Below, one piece after another: positions 49,051 to 60,291 of a stretch of 64,000 nucleotides of DNA; the stretch's first letter is position 1, and every line of letters starts with the position of its first letter. Source of the DNA: Oopsacas minuta (taxonomy: Eukaryota; Animalia; Porifera); NCBI GenBank assembly GCA_024704765.1, contig JAKMXF010000266.1, positions 510,914-574,913 on the forward strand, given 5' to 3'. The translations under genes and the position numbers were made by a program. The notes beneath the pieces are model-generated. The model searched no databases. It was not told the DNA's origin and saw only the letters and a program-made list of their open reading frames with translations.

Positions 49051-51033
49051 TTATAAACTAGACTTAAGCAGCTGTTTGGTGTATTTCCTGTATACTGGAT
49101 GAACCCCAAATCTATGCTTATTCCTAGGATTCAATTCTACCCATTCCCACATCGCTCTATACACATCTCCATCCTTCCTGCCCAGAACAGAACGCAGGAT
49201 TATATCAGGAATATCAAACGCATCAACCAAAGCAACAGCTTCAGGTCTCACTTGCTCCAACAGAGACATCAATACACGTCTCAGCTCCACCAAGTCTGTG
49301 CTATGTAATACACCACATTCTAGAAATGAACCTGACCTACTCAGCATATAGTGCAGTGAGAACACGTTTGATAGAGACTGTAGAATAGTCTGGTTGTGAG
49401 AGATCATACTCCTAACCTCTCTTCCCTCCACAGACTCTATAAATGATTTCACTATCACATAGTAAGTGTGAGCTTCTGCACACTGAGTTAGCTCAATGGC
49501 TGCTCCATTCCTGGCGTCAAATCGATCATTCCCTTTCCTAGCACCATCTCTAAGCTTAGCCAAAGCTCTATCCACACTGCTACGTGCCATGCCTTCATAC
49601 ATAATCAGCTGATCCCGTGTGGACAGGAAGTCTAGAGAGATAGGACGAGAATATCCTCTCTGGTTAGACAGATATGTGAGGTTGTCTGGGAGAGAAGTGT
49701 TAGGATTCTCCAACACTCTTTGTCTCATCTTAACTAAGTAGTGTGCAGTCTGTAACAAGAGTACAGTATTGTCTCCCTCATACGTCACAGAGGGAGCTGC
49801 CTGATAGAATATGTAAGGAAACCCACTCGACAGAGAATAGCCGTGACCGCCACACGACAAACGACAACTTTCTATTCCCTTAAGAGCCATACTAGTGGCA
49901 ATAGACTTAACACCTGAAGAAGTGGCATGCAGTTCTGGCAGAGATTCAATATTATCCTGTGCTAGATGTGACTGAGACTTTGTATACAACCTCAACATGT
50001 ATTGAGAGATGAAGTAGAGTGCGTATGCTGAAGAGAGTAGTGGAATTAGTGTGTACTGTTGGTTGACATAGTCGAGGAGCTGAGTTTCCAGTTCTCCTGG
50101 TTTATTCTGTGTCTGTCTACGCACTATGCTGTAACGAATGGCAATTGTTACTGCTCTAGAAAGCCAATCAAAAGAAGAATAAGCAAGAGTACTACGTACA
50201 TATACCATAGTACCGTAGGAGAGCTTTTCAGACTTAGGATGGACATAAGTACCGTCTGGTAACACCTGTGAATAACGCATCAATAAGTTATCTCGTGGAA
50301 TTCTCACGTGGTCAAACCTGAGATAACCATTGTCAGCTTCATCATATCCAAACTTAGGACCTATATCCCCAATAGTAATGCCATTCAATGCTTTATGATT
50401 CTCCAAACTTCTCAACTGCACGATGAAATTATGAATTCCTTTATCCTCCCCTTTCGTGATGAGTCTAGCAGGAACAATTGCATGTGTTGCTATTACACCC
50501 ATACCTCCAGGCCACCATTTGGTAGAAGTGAGGGTTGGACTATGGATATCAAATTCTTGTCTCTCAGGGTCATAAGTTGCTGTCGTTTCTAACCCACGCA
50601 CAAACGTCCCGTGTCCCATTTCAGTCTGAGCATAGCAACCAAGTATGTCATAGTTTAGTGCTAATGGAAGCCATTTGTCCTTCTGCTCCTGAGTGCACTG
50701 ACCGCGGATGGTTGGTATGAACATTATTATTTGTAATGCGTATGGGTTGGTTGATTCTACAGCACGTCGGAAGAGATGTGATTCGACAGGTCCTGATATT
50801 TTCAGTTGTGGCATTTTCTTAGTAATACTGTAGGTAAATTTCCTTACTGCCTCTGAAAATCTTTCTTCAGTGGTTTGGTAATGATAATAAGAATTGTCCA
50901 AGTTGGGATCACTTGCCACTGCATTTTCTATTTCTCTTTTTCTTTTCACCATTTCTCTTCCTCCATAAATGAGATTTGTTATTTGTTCTGTGTCCAGCCT
51001 TGAGGCTTTACGTTCAGAGGCGAGCAATTCCAT
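49051..51033 (-). CDS. ACOX1: Peroxisomal acyl-CoA oxidase 1, intronless
   Basis: GCYAQTEMGHGTFVRGLETTATYD..QEF.IHSPT.TS.KWWPGG, GITIGDIGPKFG, DNGYLRF, CRLSCGGHGYS, TYEGDNTVL.LQTA, SVLGR.DG.VY; C-terminal PTS1-like SSL. Likely ATG at 51033. Confidence 0.95.
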   Translation of the reverse strand: MELLASERKASRLDTEQITNLIYGGREMVKRKREIENAVASDPNLDNSYYHYQTTEERFSEAVRKFTYSITKKMPQLKISGPVESHLFRRAVESTNPYALQIIMFIPTIRGQCTQEQKDKWLPLALNYDILGCYAQTEMGHGTFVRGLETTATYDPERQEFDIHSPTLTSTKWWPGGMGVIATHAIVPARLITKGEDKGIHNFIVQLRSLENHKALNGITIGDIGPKFGYDEADNGYLRFDHVRIPRDNLLMRYSQVLPDGTYVHPKSEKLSYGTMVYVRSTLAYSSFDWLSRAVTIAIRYSIVRRQTQNKPGELETQLLDYVNQQYTLIPLLSSAYALYFISQYMLRLYTKSQSHLAQDNIESLPELHATSSGVKSIATSMALKGIESCRLSCGGHGYSLSSGFPYIFYQAAPSVTYEGDNTVLLLQTAHYLVKMRQRVLENPNTSLPDNLTYLSNQRGYSRPISLDFLSTRDQLIMYEGMARSSVDRALAKLRDGARKGNDRFDARNGAAIELTQCAEAHTYYVIVKSFIESVEGREVRSMISHNQTILQSLSNVFSLHYMLSRSGSFLECGVLHSTDLVELRRVLMSLLEQVRPEAVALVDAFDIPDIILRSVLGRKDGDVYRAMWEWVELNPRNKHRFGVHPVYRKYTKQLLKSSL

Positions 51034-51752
51034 GCTAAAAAATTTGGGTAATGAAGACGTATTTAGGGTAGTCAGTAATTTATTAATCAATCGAATTGAA
51101 GAGACCGTGAGAAAATAGAGTTATATCCCTCTATACTAACTACACATAAGGCAATGGTGCTGAATTGAAAATTTGTCCCCTTGGAAATTGGTGTGGGGGA
51201 CCAAAATTCTCATGAAAATTGGTCCAAAGACAGAGCTATTTGAAGTTCTTGATAATTATCTATAATTCAAATTTAGTGTTCTCATAGGAAATCAACTCAA
51301 GTTAATCTGTTTTGAGCACCCCCAATACATTCCGAAGTGTCTACTATAGCACATGTTGGCACCGTTTGTACAACTTTCGCAAAATTGTACTCCTAGATGT
51401 TGTTTCAAAGCTTTTTCACTAATCAGAACGAATTATTTAGCAATTGGAACAATGGTGCATGCTGTTAGGATTAGCGAGGGTGTACTGTATTCGGGTCTCA
51501 GCTCTCAGGATCAGGATAGAAAAGCAAACTGATGGAAGTTAATAACGATATATATCTCTGTGACAAATATGGCGCATCATATATCCCTATAAAGGTCGTC
51601 GATCCGGTAATCTATTTTGCGTGATGTCCCCGGAAACAGTACTAAATAGTTAAATTGACTGAATTGTCCCGCTTTTGAATAGAATAGACTAATACAAATG
51701 CTAGTTCCCGCCTAAAAACTAAATGATTGAAAGAACAATTTGACATATTGAA

Positions 51753-52262
51753 TTGTTAAACGAAGATAGTTTGTCACAGAAAGAAATAATTTTGAGACAA
51801 AATGTAAAGATTGAGCAATTGACTCAAAAATTGGATATGTTATCTTCTCTTACAAATGCCATCAAAATACAATGGAGAATCGATAGAATTCGCGAATTAT
51901 TAAAACCTAATCCAATAAGAGAAGATATATCTGAACAATTCATAGTTGCTGGGTATAAGTTTGTTTTTAAGCTTAAAACTTCTCCTACTAATGTACTTGT
52001 GAATTTCTGTACACGAAAGCATCCGAAACGTGATAAATTAACCTGGTCTTTCAGAGCGGAATTCTTAGTTCGTTTGATTTGCCAAAACAACCGTAAAGGT
52101 GTACTGGTATTCAAGAGTAGATTCATTGAGATAGCGAAGAAATATTATCATCACTATCGCTATAGCTTTGGGATGGAAATTGCTTAAATCGCAAGGACTA
52201 AATTCAGACCTGAATTTATCAAAGATGGAGGCATTGACTTTGAGATATACATAGTTTTTTAA
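51753..52262 (+). pseudogene. Coiled-coil + MATH/TRAF-like domain fragment with a premature stop
   Basis: IQWRID, SEQFIVAGYKF, FRAEF.VRLI. After TAA at 52185-52187 the same frame continues IARTKFRPEFIKDGGIDFEIYIVF*, the typical MATH end (FIKD..I..I). Confidence 0.6.
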
Positions 52263-52328
52263 TTAATATTGTTCAATTTTGGAAATCCATATTTCTCTAT
52301 GATTTTATGTTAATATTCAAAATGAATA

Positions 52329-53230
52329 CAGGGTGTAACGAAAGTGTTGATACCCTAGAGAATTCATTAAAACTTATAATATATTTGAGAGATTCGAAAT
52401 ATTATCAATTTATATATGAACCATTTCTTTCTAATACAATTCTTATACGTTTCGGCATGCTTAGCTGCTAAATTCTCTAAAATACTTAGGCCAATGTCTC
52501 TCCTTGCTGAATTGACTGTTTCTATTAGCTGTTCACACTTTGTGATTCGGCCCTCTTCATTAACCTTCTCTTTCACTATTCCCAAAGGTTTTCAATAGGG
52601 TTTAAGTCAGGGGAGTTCTCAGGCTATTCAATCTTACGCCACAAAGCATTTAAATGATCTTGACACCACTTCTGCGTTGCATTGGCCGTGTGTGCCGGTG
52701 TACCATCTTGCATGAAGATGAATTCGGACATATTTTCCAATATTGGCCGCTCCAAAACCGATCCATTATTTCGACAACGGTGAACTGCCTCCATACAAGT
52801 CTTGGCCAAAATTTGATTAATGTAGTATGCACTATATTTTGATTGCCCTTGAGGGATTATATGCAGTTCTGAAAGTGCCTGATGTGACATCATGCCCCAC
52901 ACATGAATCTTTGCTGGAAACTTAATTGAAAATATCGAAGGAACATCTTGCTTATTCTTTGCCCAAACCCGATTATTTTGTTTGTTTGGCGTTGCAAAGG
53001 GCTGAAAGGGAGACTCATCTGACCAGAGAACTTTTTTCTAGTCGTTAACTGTCCAATTTTGATGCTTCCGAGCAAAACTCAGACGATCTTGGATGTTCTT
53101 TTGAGATAACCGAGGTATTTCTTGCCTTTGAAAGACCTAACACCCACACATTCGTTAAAATAACGATACACACATATGAAATACAGGATTGCCTCTATTC
53201 TTCAATCTCTGTGCGAGTTTTCTTGTGGAT
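52329..53230 (-). mobile_element. Decayed Tc1/mariner-superfamily transposon (DD37E spacing), truncated at the 5' end
   Basis: Across frames: STRKLAQRL, RLSFARKHQNWT, VLWSDES, IHVWGMM, FMQDGTPAHTA and PENSPDLNPIE, with 37 residues between D and E. Stops and frameshifts are present. TA|CAGGGTG terminus at 52329; no second TIR. Confidence 0.85.
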
Positions 53231-53295
53231 TGCCTGCATTTACCGAGCGACTTAGAAATAACAATTTTATCCGCTCGTTTCAAAATAGGAGGCCA

Positions 53296-56200
53296 CACAG
53301 TGGCTTAAAATGGGAGTTAGTTAAGAATCGATACTTTCATTTGAAATAGACATATATAATTTATTATCAGCATATAGGTTATCATATGCTAGGAATCATT
53401 TGGTACATTCAAAATTTTTATAAGAATTCTATATATCATGTTCTGAAGTCATAGCTTTATGCTGAATTTTGTTTTTCTTTAATAGCTGATTGTATAACAA
53501 TGTTAGCCCTATAAATTGTATTATTTGAGTATAGTATATCATATCCATGGAAGCAGTTACAACTGTTAGAATTTCAAATTACTCGTAATTTTATAAAATG
53601 ACGTCATACACAATTTTTTCATAATTTTTGCTTTTGTACTTCATACTTCTAAATTCGTTTTTAGAATTTATTAATATCTTTTTTGCTAATATATATATAT
53701 CAATTCTAACAATTTCTGGATAAAAACAATAAGCACTTATATTAAGGAATGTTATATTTGTATTATTCATTTGGTAACATTCAGCAAACTACGTTGTTAC
53801 AACACCGTATCAATAATAAGGCCCTTATTGGAATTATCAATAGATGATACTAATAAATCTGTTGCATTGCCTCTACAGTACTTAGCTCTTCGGTTATGAC
53901 TGTGTTCTCCGCACTTTTCGCCCACCACTGTCGACCGATATTTCATTAACACAGGATCGCTTTCAGATGAGAGTCTGACAAATATGCCAACGACATTATC
54001 CTCGAAGGAAGTTTTCCTTGCTAGATGTTCCCTATATTTCCTGATTAATTTGTTGCAGGCTTCGGATCCTTCTTCGCTAAAGCATTTCAATCCAAAAACC
54101 CAAAGTTCATCTCTCTCAGTATTTCATCAGAATGGGGCTAGTAATTTATGTAAAGTCGGTGTAATGTTCACTCAGAGGAGGGATTGAAGAATAAGGAGAT
54201 AGGTGTCTGTACAAAGGTTACCCAATTCTTCTGTATTAATTTTTCTGTCTGAATTTATGATTCTCAGAATGAAAGATAATTGTGTGTGCAATTTACAAAG
54301 TGAGTCCCTATGATCAATCTTAACCAAAGACATTGCGCATTCAATAAACTTGGAATCGTTTGAAAAAGCTCTTCGAGCCACACCACCAGTAGAAGTAGTG
54401 CCTCCTTTGGGGTCTGGTTGGTCAATTCTTAAACCTGTTACGTCTTGAACTATGGTTCGCACATCCGTCATAGAGTCTTTAATTTCTTTTGATGATGGTG
54501 ACTATGCGAGTTTGTACAATTCAGGTGGTACACAAGTAAATTAAACCATCTAAAAATGCACGTATAGGAATGTAAGGGAGAAGCAGGTAGAATATCTATT
54601 GCTGATAATGGTTGATGAGTCAGGTTAAATCTTTGATTTGTTGTTAACGAAAAGAAAGCATCAATGTCTTCCAGTTCTCCAAATAATTGAATGGCGTCTG
54701 AAATGTTTCTATTGATGGGATAGCCTTGCAAAATTAAATCACGATCTTTTAGTTCTTTCTGCGTTGCAGTACATAGTTGGCAACTTGCACCCCCTGGTCC
54801 TGAGAGAATACTTGCCATTTTACCATCAAGCATTGATCGGACAACATCGACAAATATATGTTTATCATTGGCAGAATAGAAAACTTGGTTCTTCATTTGA
54901 TCTGTTTCGGGATTGATTATAACTTTCATAAATTGGAGAAGTTGTCATGATTATCTGTGGCAGCAAGAAGGAAAATTGGACGTTGGGAGAATGGAGAATT
55001 CGGGCAGTTGTTTTTCCAAAGTTCCTTTCCACTAGAATTGACAATGTGTACTGCTTTGAAGCAAAATAAGATGAATGATTTGGTGGACGTATTCGTATTT
55101 GGTTGATTATATACGGTATGCTTTTCAGATCCATCTAAACCATCAGCAATCTGAAGTCGGAGAGGAAAATCCTCATTTGAAGGGGATGGTAGAGTGGACA
55201 TAATTTTACAAAATGTATGGTAGACAAATTGAGCGTATGGCACACACCCACCAATTGGGGCTGTAGGATTCGGGTATAGTTGAATCATACTTCGTAGTAC
55301 TAAATTATTTCTATGATCGGCCACTCTCTGATATGTAGGAAAGTGAATTTCATTAGATAACAAAAGTTGTCATAGTAGAGTATACTTCCTCTTGCCAATC
55401 TCTAGTAGATCCAAAAGAAATAATGCCTTGTCCACATCCAATTCTTTGCTTTTGGATGCACGCCAGAATTGACCAGAGAATTTTCTTGCACAATTGATTT
55501 AGATACCCTTGCAACTTCTCGATTGTCTTCTTCGTTGCACAACAATTGCAAAGCAAGAGCTGCAATTATAATTTCAGAAGTGTTTTCGATTACCGAGATG
55601 GACCTGATAGACTCAAGAACGAGATGCGGGAACGCTGATGTTGCAATGAAAGATTGATAAGTTCTTTCTTTTGGCGCACTGACTTAGTTCTTGGGGGGGC
55701 TTGTGAAGCTATAAATAATTCTGAGAATGCCACCAATCTCCATGCAAAGATTCAAGTGATTTCTTTGAAGTTCTAATCATATCTCGTATTCTACGTAGAA
55801 TCAATTCAAGTTTAGTTTGCTTGGCATGGTTTAATCCATGGAGATCGCTAAGATAACAGAGAGTTGTTTGGACGCAATTGCCATTTGCTTTCAGGATTCT
55901 TGCTAAATCGAGACGGGATTCGGGAGAAATCATCGGAACAATTGGTTCAGCCATTGATCACGAATAAATTATCTATGAGAAAATAAAGGTGTATGATTAA
56001 AAACATAAGTACACGTATATATGTTTAATTTTGCTCAGTAATTTCTAAGAATAATTAGGATTAGACAGGTATTCAATTACATAGATACAGATATCGCTTT
56101 AAGAATTTCCATAGCAACGATTACAGACAATTGAATGTGACCAAAAAATCAAAGTTGCGCACTATTTCGGGGCCTGTCATCTTCATAAAACATAGTATAA

Positions 56201-56661
56201 ATTGTAAACAACAACTGGCATTATTTTCGCTTTGATGTTTCATGACTTTTTCTTTTCAGACAATTTCAAAATTTTATCGATAGAAAAATGGGATTCATTT
56301 TTTACCCTGGGTACAACAATCCTTCACATGAAAGTATACAGTTTAGAATATATCTGATACAAATTTTGAAATCAGCATGCAAAATTGTCTAGAATAGATG
56401 AAACAATAGATCGCTAATATATTTTATAAAGAATCATTATCAATGTGAAAATCTTTTATATTTTGAATTCTGCGAAACGATAATTATTTCAGCTTCAAAA
56501 ATCACAAAGTTTCGATTCAAATTTACATAACTAATAGGCTCCCAAATGATTTGAAAATTGGAATGGCTGCTACTTGAATGTTTAGAAACACAATGAAACT
56601 ATAAAGGAATGAAAGCATAACTATGAAAAATTTCTTAATTCTTTACTACTAAGCTACTGTG
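53296..56661 (-). mobile_element. Decayed RAG1-like / Transib-superfamily DNA transposon, 3366 bp
   Basis: Ends CACAGTGGCTTA (53296) and TAAGCTACTGTG (56661; reverse complement CACAGTAGCTTA), flanked by AGGCC. The frameshifted transposase at 53797-55954 has DGLDG, MLDGKM, SCQLC, TTSTGGVARRAF, TLHKLLA(H) and SEEGSEACNKLIRKYR..ARKTS. An empty site exists at about 60349-60360. Confidence 0.9.
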
Positions 56662-59600
56662 AGGCCTCCCTGAACGAGGTTTAGTCACTAATGAACTACC
56701 TTTTCATACAAACTAGACCATCGTTTCACCGAAGAGATTGAAACGACACAACATCATCCTCGTAGCAATAACATCAATAAACCAATAAGGTATGCAAACA
56801 TGATTAATCATTGACACGTCTACTGTTATCAGGTGTTTTAATCCCGTAAATGGGTCACTTTATGTAGATAAAAATAAATGGATTAAAAAACAATAGATTC
56901 TTCGCTATGTAAGAATACACCATTGTATACATATTCTCAGCTTTCTAACATATATGATCTTTCATATCAGACATGCTAGAAAGCACTAATTAGCACATAA
57001 ACGCGCGTGATGTTTGGGATATAAAGCCTATCAGAATTTACAAATTATATAAATCATGATATTCTAACTTTGATATTTCCTGTATTTCACTTTTGACATT
57101 TTAGGTATCTCATTGATATTCGCTATGGATGAGAAACTTGTTTCAGCTCCACATTAGGTCACGTAAGGTATACTTGTTTCTGATCCCCGACCACCCCAAA
57201 TTTGTCCCCCGTCCGGAAAGATTTTATTTGTATTTTTCCAAATTTATGGATAATTCTTTGGTCACAGAGTGTGCAATCCACATATTATTAGTTGTATGGT
57301 TGAAAATACAATATTTTTAATGCCCAGAGATAATAGAAGGGTGAAAATATTTTATATATTAACTGGCCTATAAAAATAAATAACCGCTGTGCCAGTTTCC
57401 GAAGAAATTCCGGATGAGAAACAAGTCATTAATTTTGTATGGCCTTAGATTCATCTAAACAACATGCATGTGGCCGGGCGGTTCATTTTCATTATCTCAT
57501 TATTTTGTGGGGTATTTCAGCTGGAAAATCTTTGAAATTGATACTTATGCGCGTAACGCTGGGTAAAAACCAGAGTGGACCATGAGTCAGTGGGCCAGGT
57601 GAAGCATAGAACACGGCCTCGTTACTAATAAGAGTATCCATAGGGCTCTTAATAGATAAATTTGCAATCTAAGTATCAACTTTTTTAATCAATATGTAAG
57701 CTGCTAGAACTTCAGTAAATATAATTCATTACAACTGACTCAATTTACATAGCAAACTATGTATACTCCTAAGAAAATCTGTAACATCTACCACAAACAC
57801 AAAGATGTCTCAGATGATACCACACGTGTGGCAGCTTGGTTTCTTGGACCAAAAGGCGAGAATGAAGGCATTCTCGTAAACTGTATCAAGGATAGCATAG
57901 TACATCATGCGAAATTTCGTGCAACACACTACAATAAAGATGATCCTGAATACATTACTTCTGACATAAAGAAAGACCCAAAATATAAAGAAGCAGTAAA
58001 AGTTTTCGAAAAACATTTGCAGGATCTTCGTGAAAGGTTGACATTTGGTGTACCATTTTTCACTCCAAGGTACCAAGCACATATGCTCTGGGATGTCGCA
58101 ATACCAGCAGTTGCAGGCTATGTCACTGCGATGCTATACAACCAGAACAATGTAGCCACTGAAGCTTCTACTATTACTAGTGAAATAGAATTGGAAGTTG
58201 GAAAGGATCTATGCGAATTAATGGGGTTCAAAACGGCTGATGGGAAGGCAGATCCTTGGGGTCACATCACCTCAGGTGGAACGGTTGCCAATATAGAATC
58301 CTTATGGGTAGCTAGGAACATGAAATACATGCCATTAGCAATAAAAACGTTACTAATTACTGATGAGAAGTACAAAGCAGCTAGAGAGTTGAAAATTGCT
58401 GTATGGCCTAAAAATGTTGAAAAAGAGTTTACTTCACTATACCTCGATGAACTACTCAGATTGAATCCTGATCTAGTAATGAAGTTCATTGGCCAGATTG
58501 CAGAAGCATGCTTTGGTGATTCAGAGCAAGAATCTAGAGATAAAGTAATCAAAGATTTGACACCACTGACACTGCAATACTTGGGGTATATTGAGTTTGC
58601 ACAGAAACACGGAATCATTATGAGGAGTCCAAAGGTACTTGTGCCTGCTAGTAAGCATTATTCATGGCCCAAAGGTGCAACACTTCTAGGTCTGGGTGAA
58701 AATGGTGCGCTAGGTGTTAAAGTGGATGAATATTGCCGAATGGACATGAACGATCTGAAAGAAAAGATCTCTTATTGCAAAAGGAACAATTACACCATTC
58801 TAATGGTTGTAGCTGTAATGGGTAGTACAGCAGAGGGATCATGTGACAACCTGTTTGGTATCCTAGGACTGCGTGATTTCGCTCACTGGGAGGAAATGAA
58901 CTATTTCATCCATGTTGATGCTGCATGGGGAGGTTATGTTAGGACAATGTTGCCCGATTTAAAGGCTCCAATTACCCTCAATACTAAGGCACTCGATGAT
59001 CAGTATGTACCCACATTAAATATTTCCCTTCATGTTCAGATTCAGTTTCGAGTAATGGGATTTGCAGACTCTGTAACTGTTGACCCACACAAAGCTGGGT
59101 ATATCCCATATCCTGCAGGAGCTATTTGCTATCGGAATGGAGATTTCAGGTATATCATTAATATGGGTGCTCCATACATAAAGAGTGAAGATGACTTAAA
59201 CATGGGAACTTACGGCATTGAAGGTTCCAAACCTGGAGCAGCTCCTGTAGCAGTTTGGCTAACACATAGGACTATCCCTCTTAACAATCACGGATATGGT
59301 TTGATACTTGGACAGTGCATGTTTTCCGTCAAACGTTTCTATTGTCAATGGATGATGCTTGCTCAAAAGAATGACCCATTCGTTATCAGTATGATTCATC
59401 CATTGCCCAAAATAATTATTGGGCCTTTCTTAGGGAAGAGTGAAGAATACATCAAAGATTATATCAAAAACAATATAATCGGAAAGACAAATGAAGAAAT
59501 ATCAAACAATCCTACTTCAATGAATCTGCTAACTGAAATAGGTCCAGATATTCTCATCAACGCATTTGTCTTCAACTACCGAAAAAAAGATGGCACACTC

Positions 59601-60173
59601 AACACGGATGTGAACAAAGTTAATGAACTCAATGGTAAGCTAATTGATCAATACAGTATGACGTCAAAACCAGAAGAAATAAAAGACATCGATATTCTAA
59701 TAATGGGAAATCAGTATTCAAGCACTACGTACGAAGAAACCCTGAAAAGAGTTTCAAAGGAACTCTGCTATGAAGTTCCTAAAGAAGAGTACAGCTTGAA
59801 GATGATAAATAGCACCATTCTAAATCCATGGCCAACAGCTTACGAGTTCCTTACAGGAATAACAGAGGCTTTCAAAGATGGTTTGATTCGAATTATCAAC
59901 GAGATGAATGCTGCTGAGCCTTAACTAACCTCTTCGCAGTATAACCTATTACTATTACTCGATAGACAACCTGTTAGAGTGTTAATTAGTCTACTAGAAT
60001 TAGTTATTAGCTCCCCAATCGAATGAGATTATATCTACGAAGTAAGAATTGTAGGAAATAATATATTTTCGCTATCTAAGTCTATAGTTATTGTAGTTTA
60101 TTCTATGCCTTACTATATGCATTATTAGTTGTCATAATTATATATAACTACAAATTTTGATTTAATGGGAGTA
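56662..60173. repeat. Tandem segmental duplication, copy A (with its left 67 bp at 53228-53294, separated by the transposon)
   Basis: Colinear and highly similar to 60292-63867 across promoter, CDS and 3' flank. Confidence 0.95.
57759..59924 (+). CDS. Group II PLP-dependent decarboxylase, bacterial tyrosine-decarboxylase (TDC)-like, intronless, copy A
   Basis: WFLGPKGEN, PFFTPRY.AHM, YNQNNVA.E.S, WGHITSGGTVAN.E.LW.ARN.K, KHYSWPK, MGSTAEG, HVDAAWGGY, VTVDPHKAGY (PLP lysine), EGSKPGA, PLN..GYG. Confidence 0.9.
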   Translation: MYTPKKICNIYHKHKDVSDDTTRVAAWFLGPKGENEGILVNCIKDSIVHHAKFRATHYNKDDPEYITSDIKKDPKYKEAVKVFEKHLQDLRERLTFGVPFFTPRYQAHMLWDVAIPAVAGYVTAMLYNQNNVATEASTITSEIELEVGKDLCELMGFKTADGKADPWGHITSGGTVANIESLWVARNMKYMPLAIKTLLITDEKYKAARELKIAVWPKNVEKEFTSLYLDELLRLNPDLVMKFIGQIAEACFGDSEQESRDKVIKDLTPLTLQYLGYIEFAQKHGIIMRSPKVLVPASKHYSWPKGATLLGLGENGALGVKVDEYCRMDMNDLKEKISYCKRNNYTILMVVAVMGSTAEGSCDNLFGILGLRDFAHWEEMNYFIHVDAAWGGYVRTMLPDLKAPITLNTKALDDQYVPTLNISLHVQIQFRVMGFADSVTVDPHKAGYIPYPAGAICYRNGDFRYIINMGAPYIKSEDDLNMGTYGIEGSKPGAAPVAVWLTHRTIPLNNHGYGLILGQCMFSVKRFYCQWMMLAQKNDPFVISMIHPLPKIIIGPFLGKSEEYIKDYIKNNIIGKTNEEISNNPTSMNLLTEIGPDILINAFVFNYRKKDGTLNTDVNKVNELNGKLIDQYSMTSKPEEIKDIDILIMGNQYSSTTYEETLKRVSKELCYEVPKEEYSLKMINSTILNPWPTAYEFLTGITEAFKDGLIRIINEMNAAEP

Positions 60174-60291
60174 AGGGATTTCTATTACGCTGTTTCCAAA
60201 ATTGATTCCAGTGATACATTAACGACAACAAGGGTCCACAGGTTCTCAAAATTTGTATTGCATCCTATGGTAGGGGGTCCACGGGTGAAAA

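Noticed and set aside
53296-56661. Presence of a RAG2-like gene or a canonical 12/23 RSS nonamer in the element
   Set aside because: Non-transposase space is only about 500 bp and about 700 bp of AT-rich sequence with no kelch-like ORF; no ACAAAAACC at either spacing.
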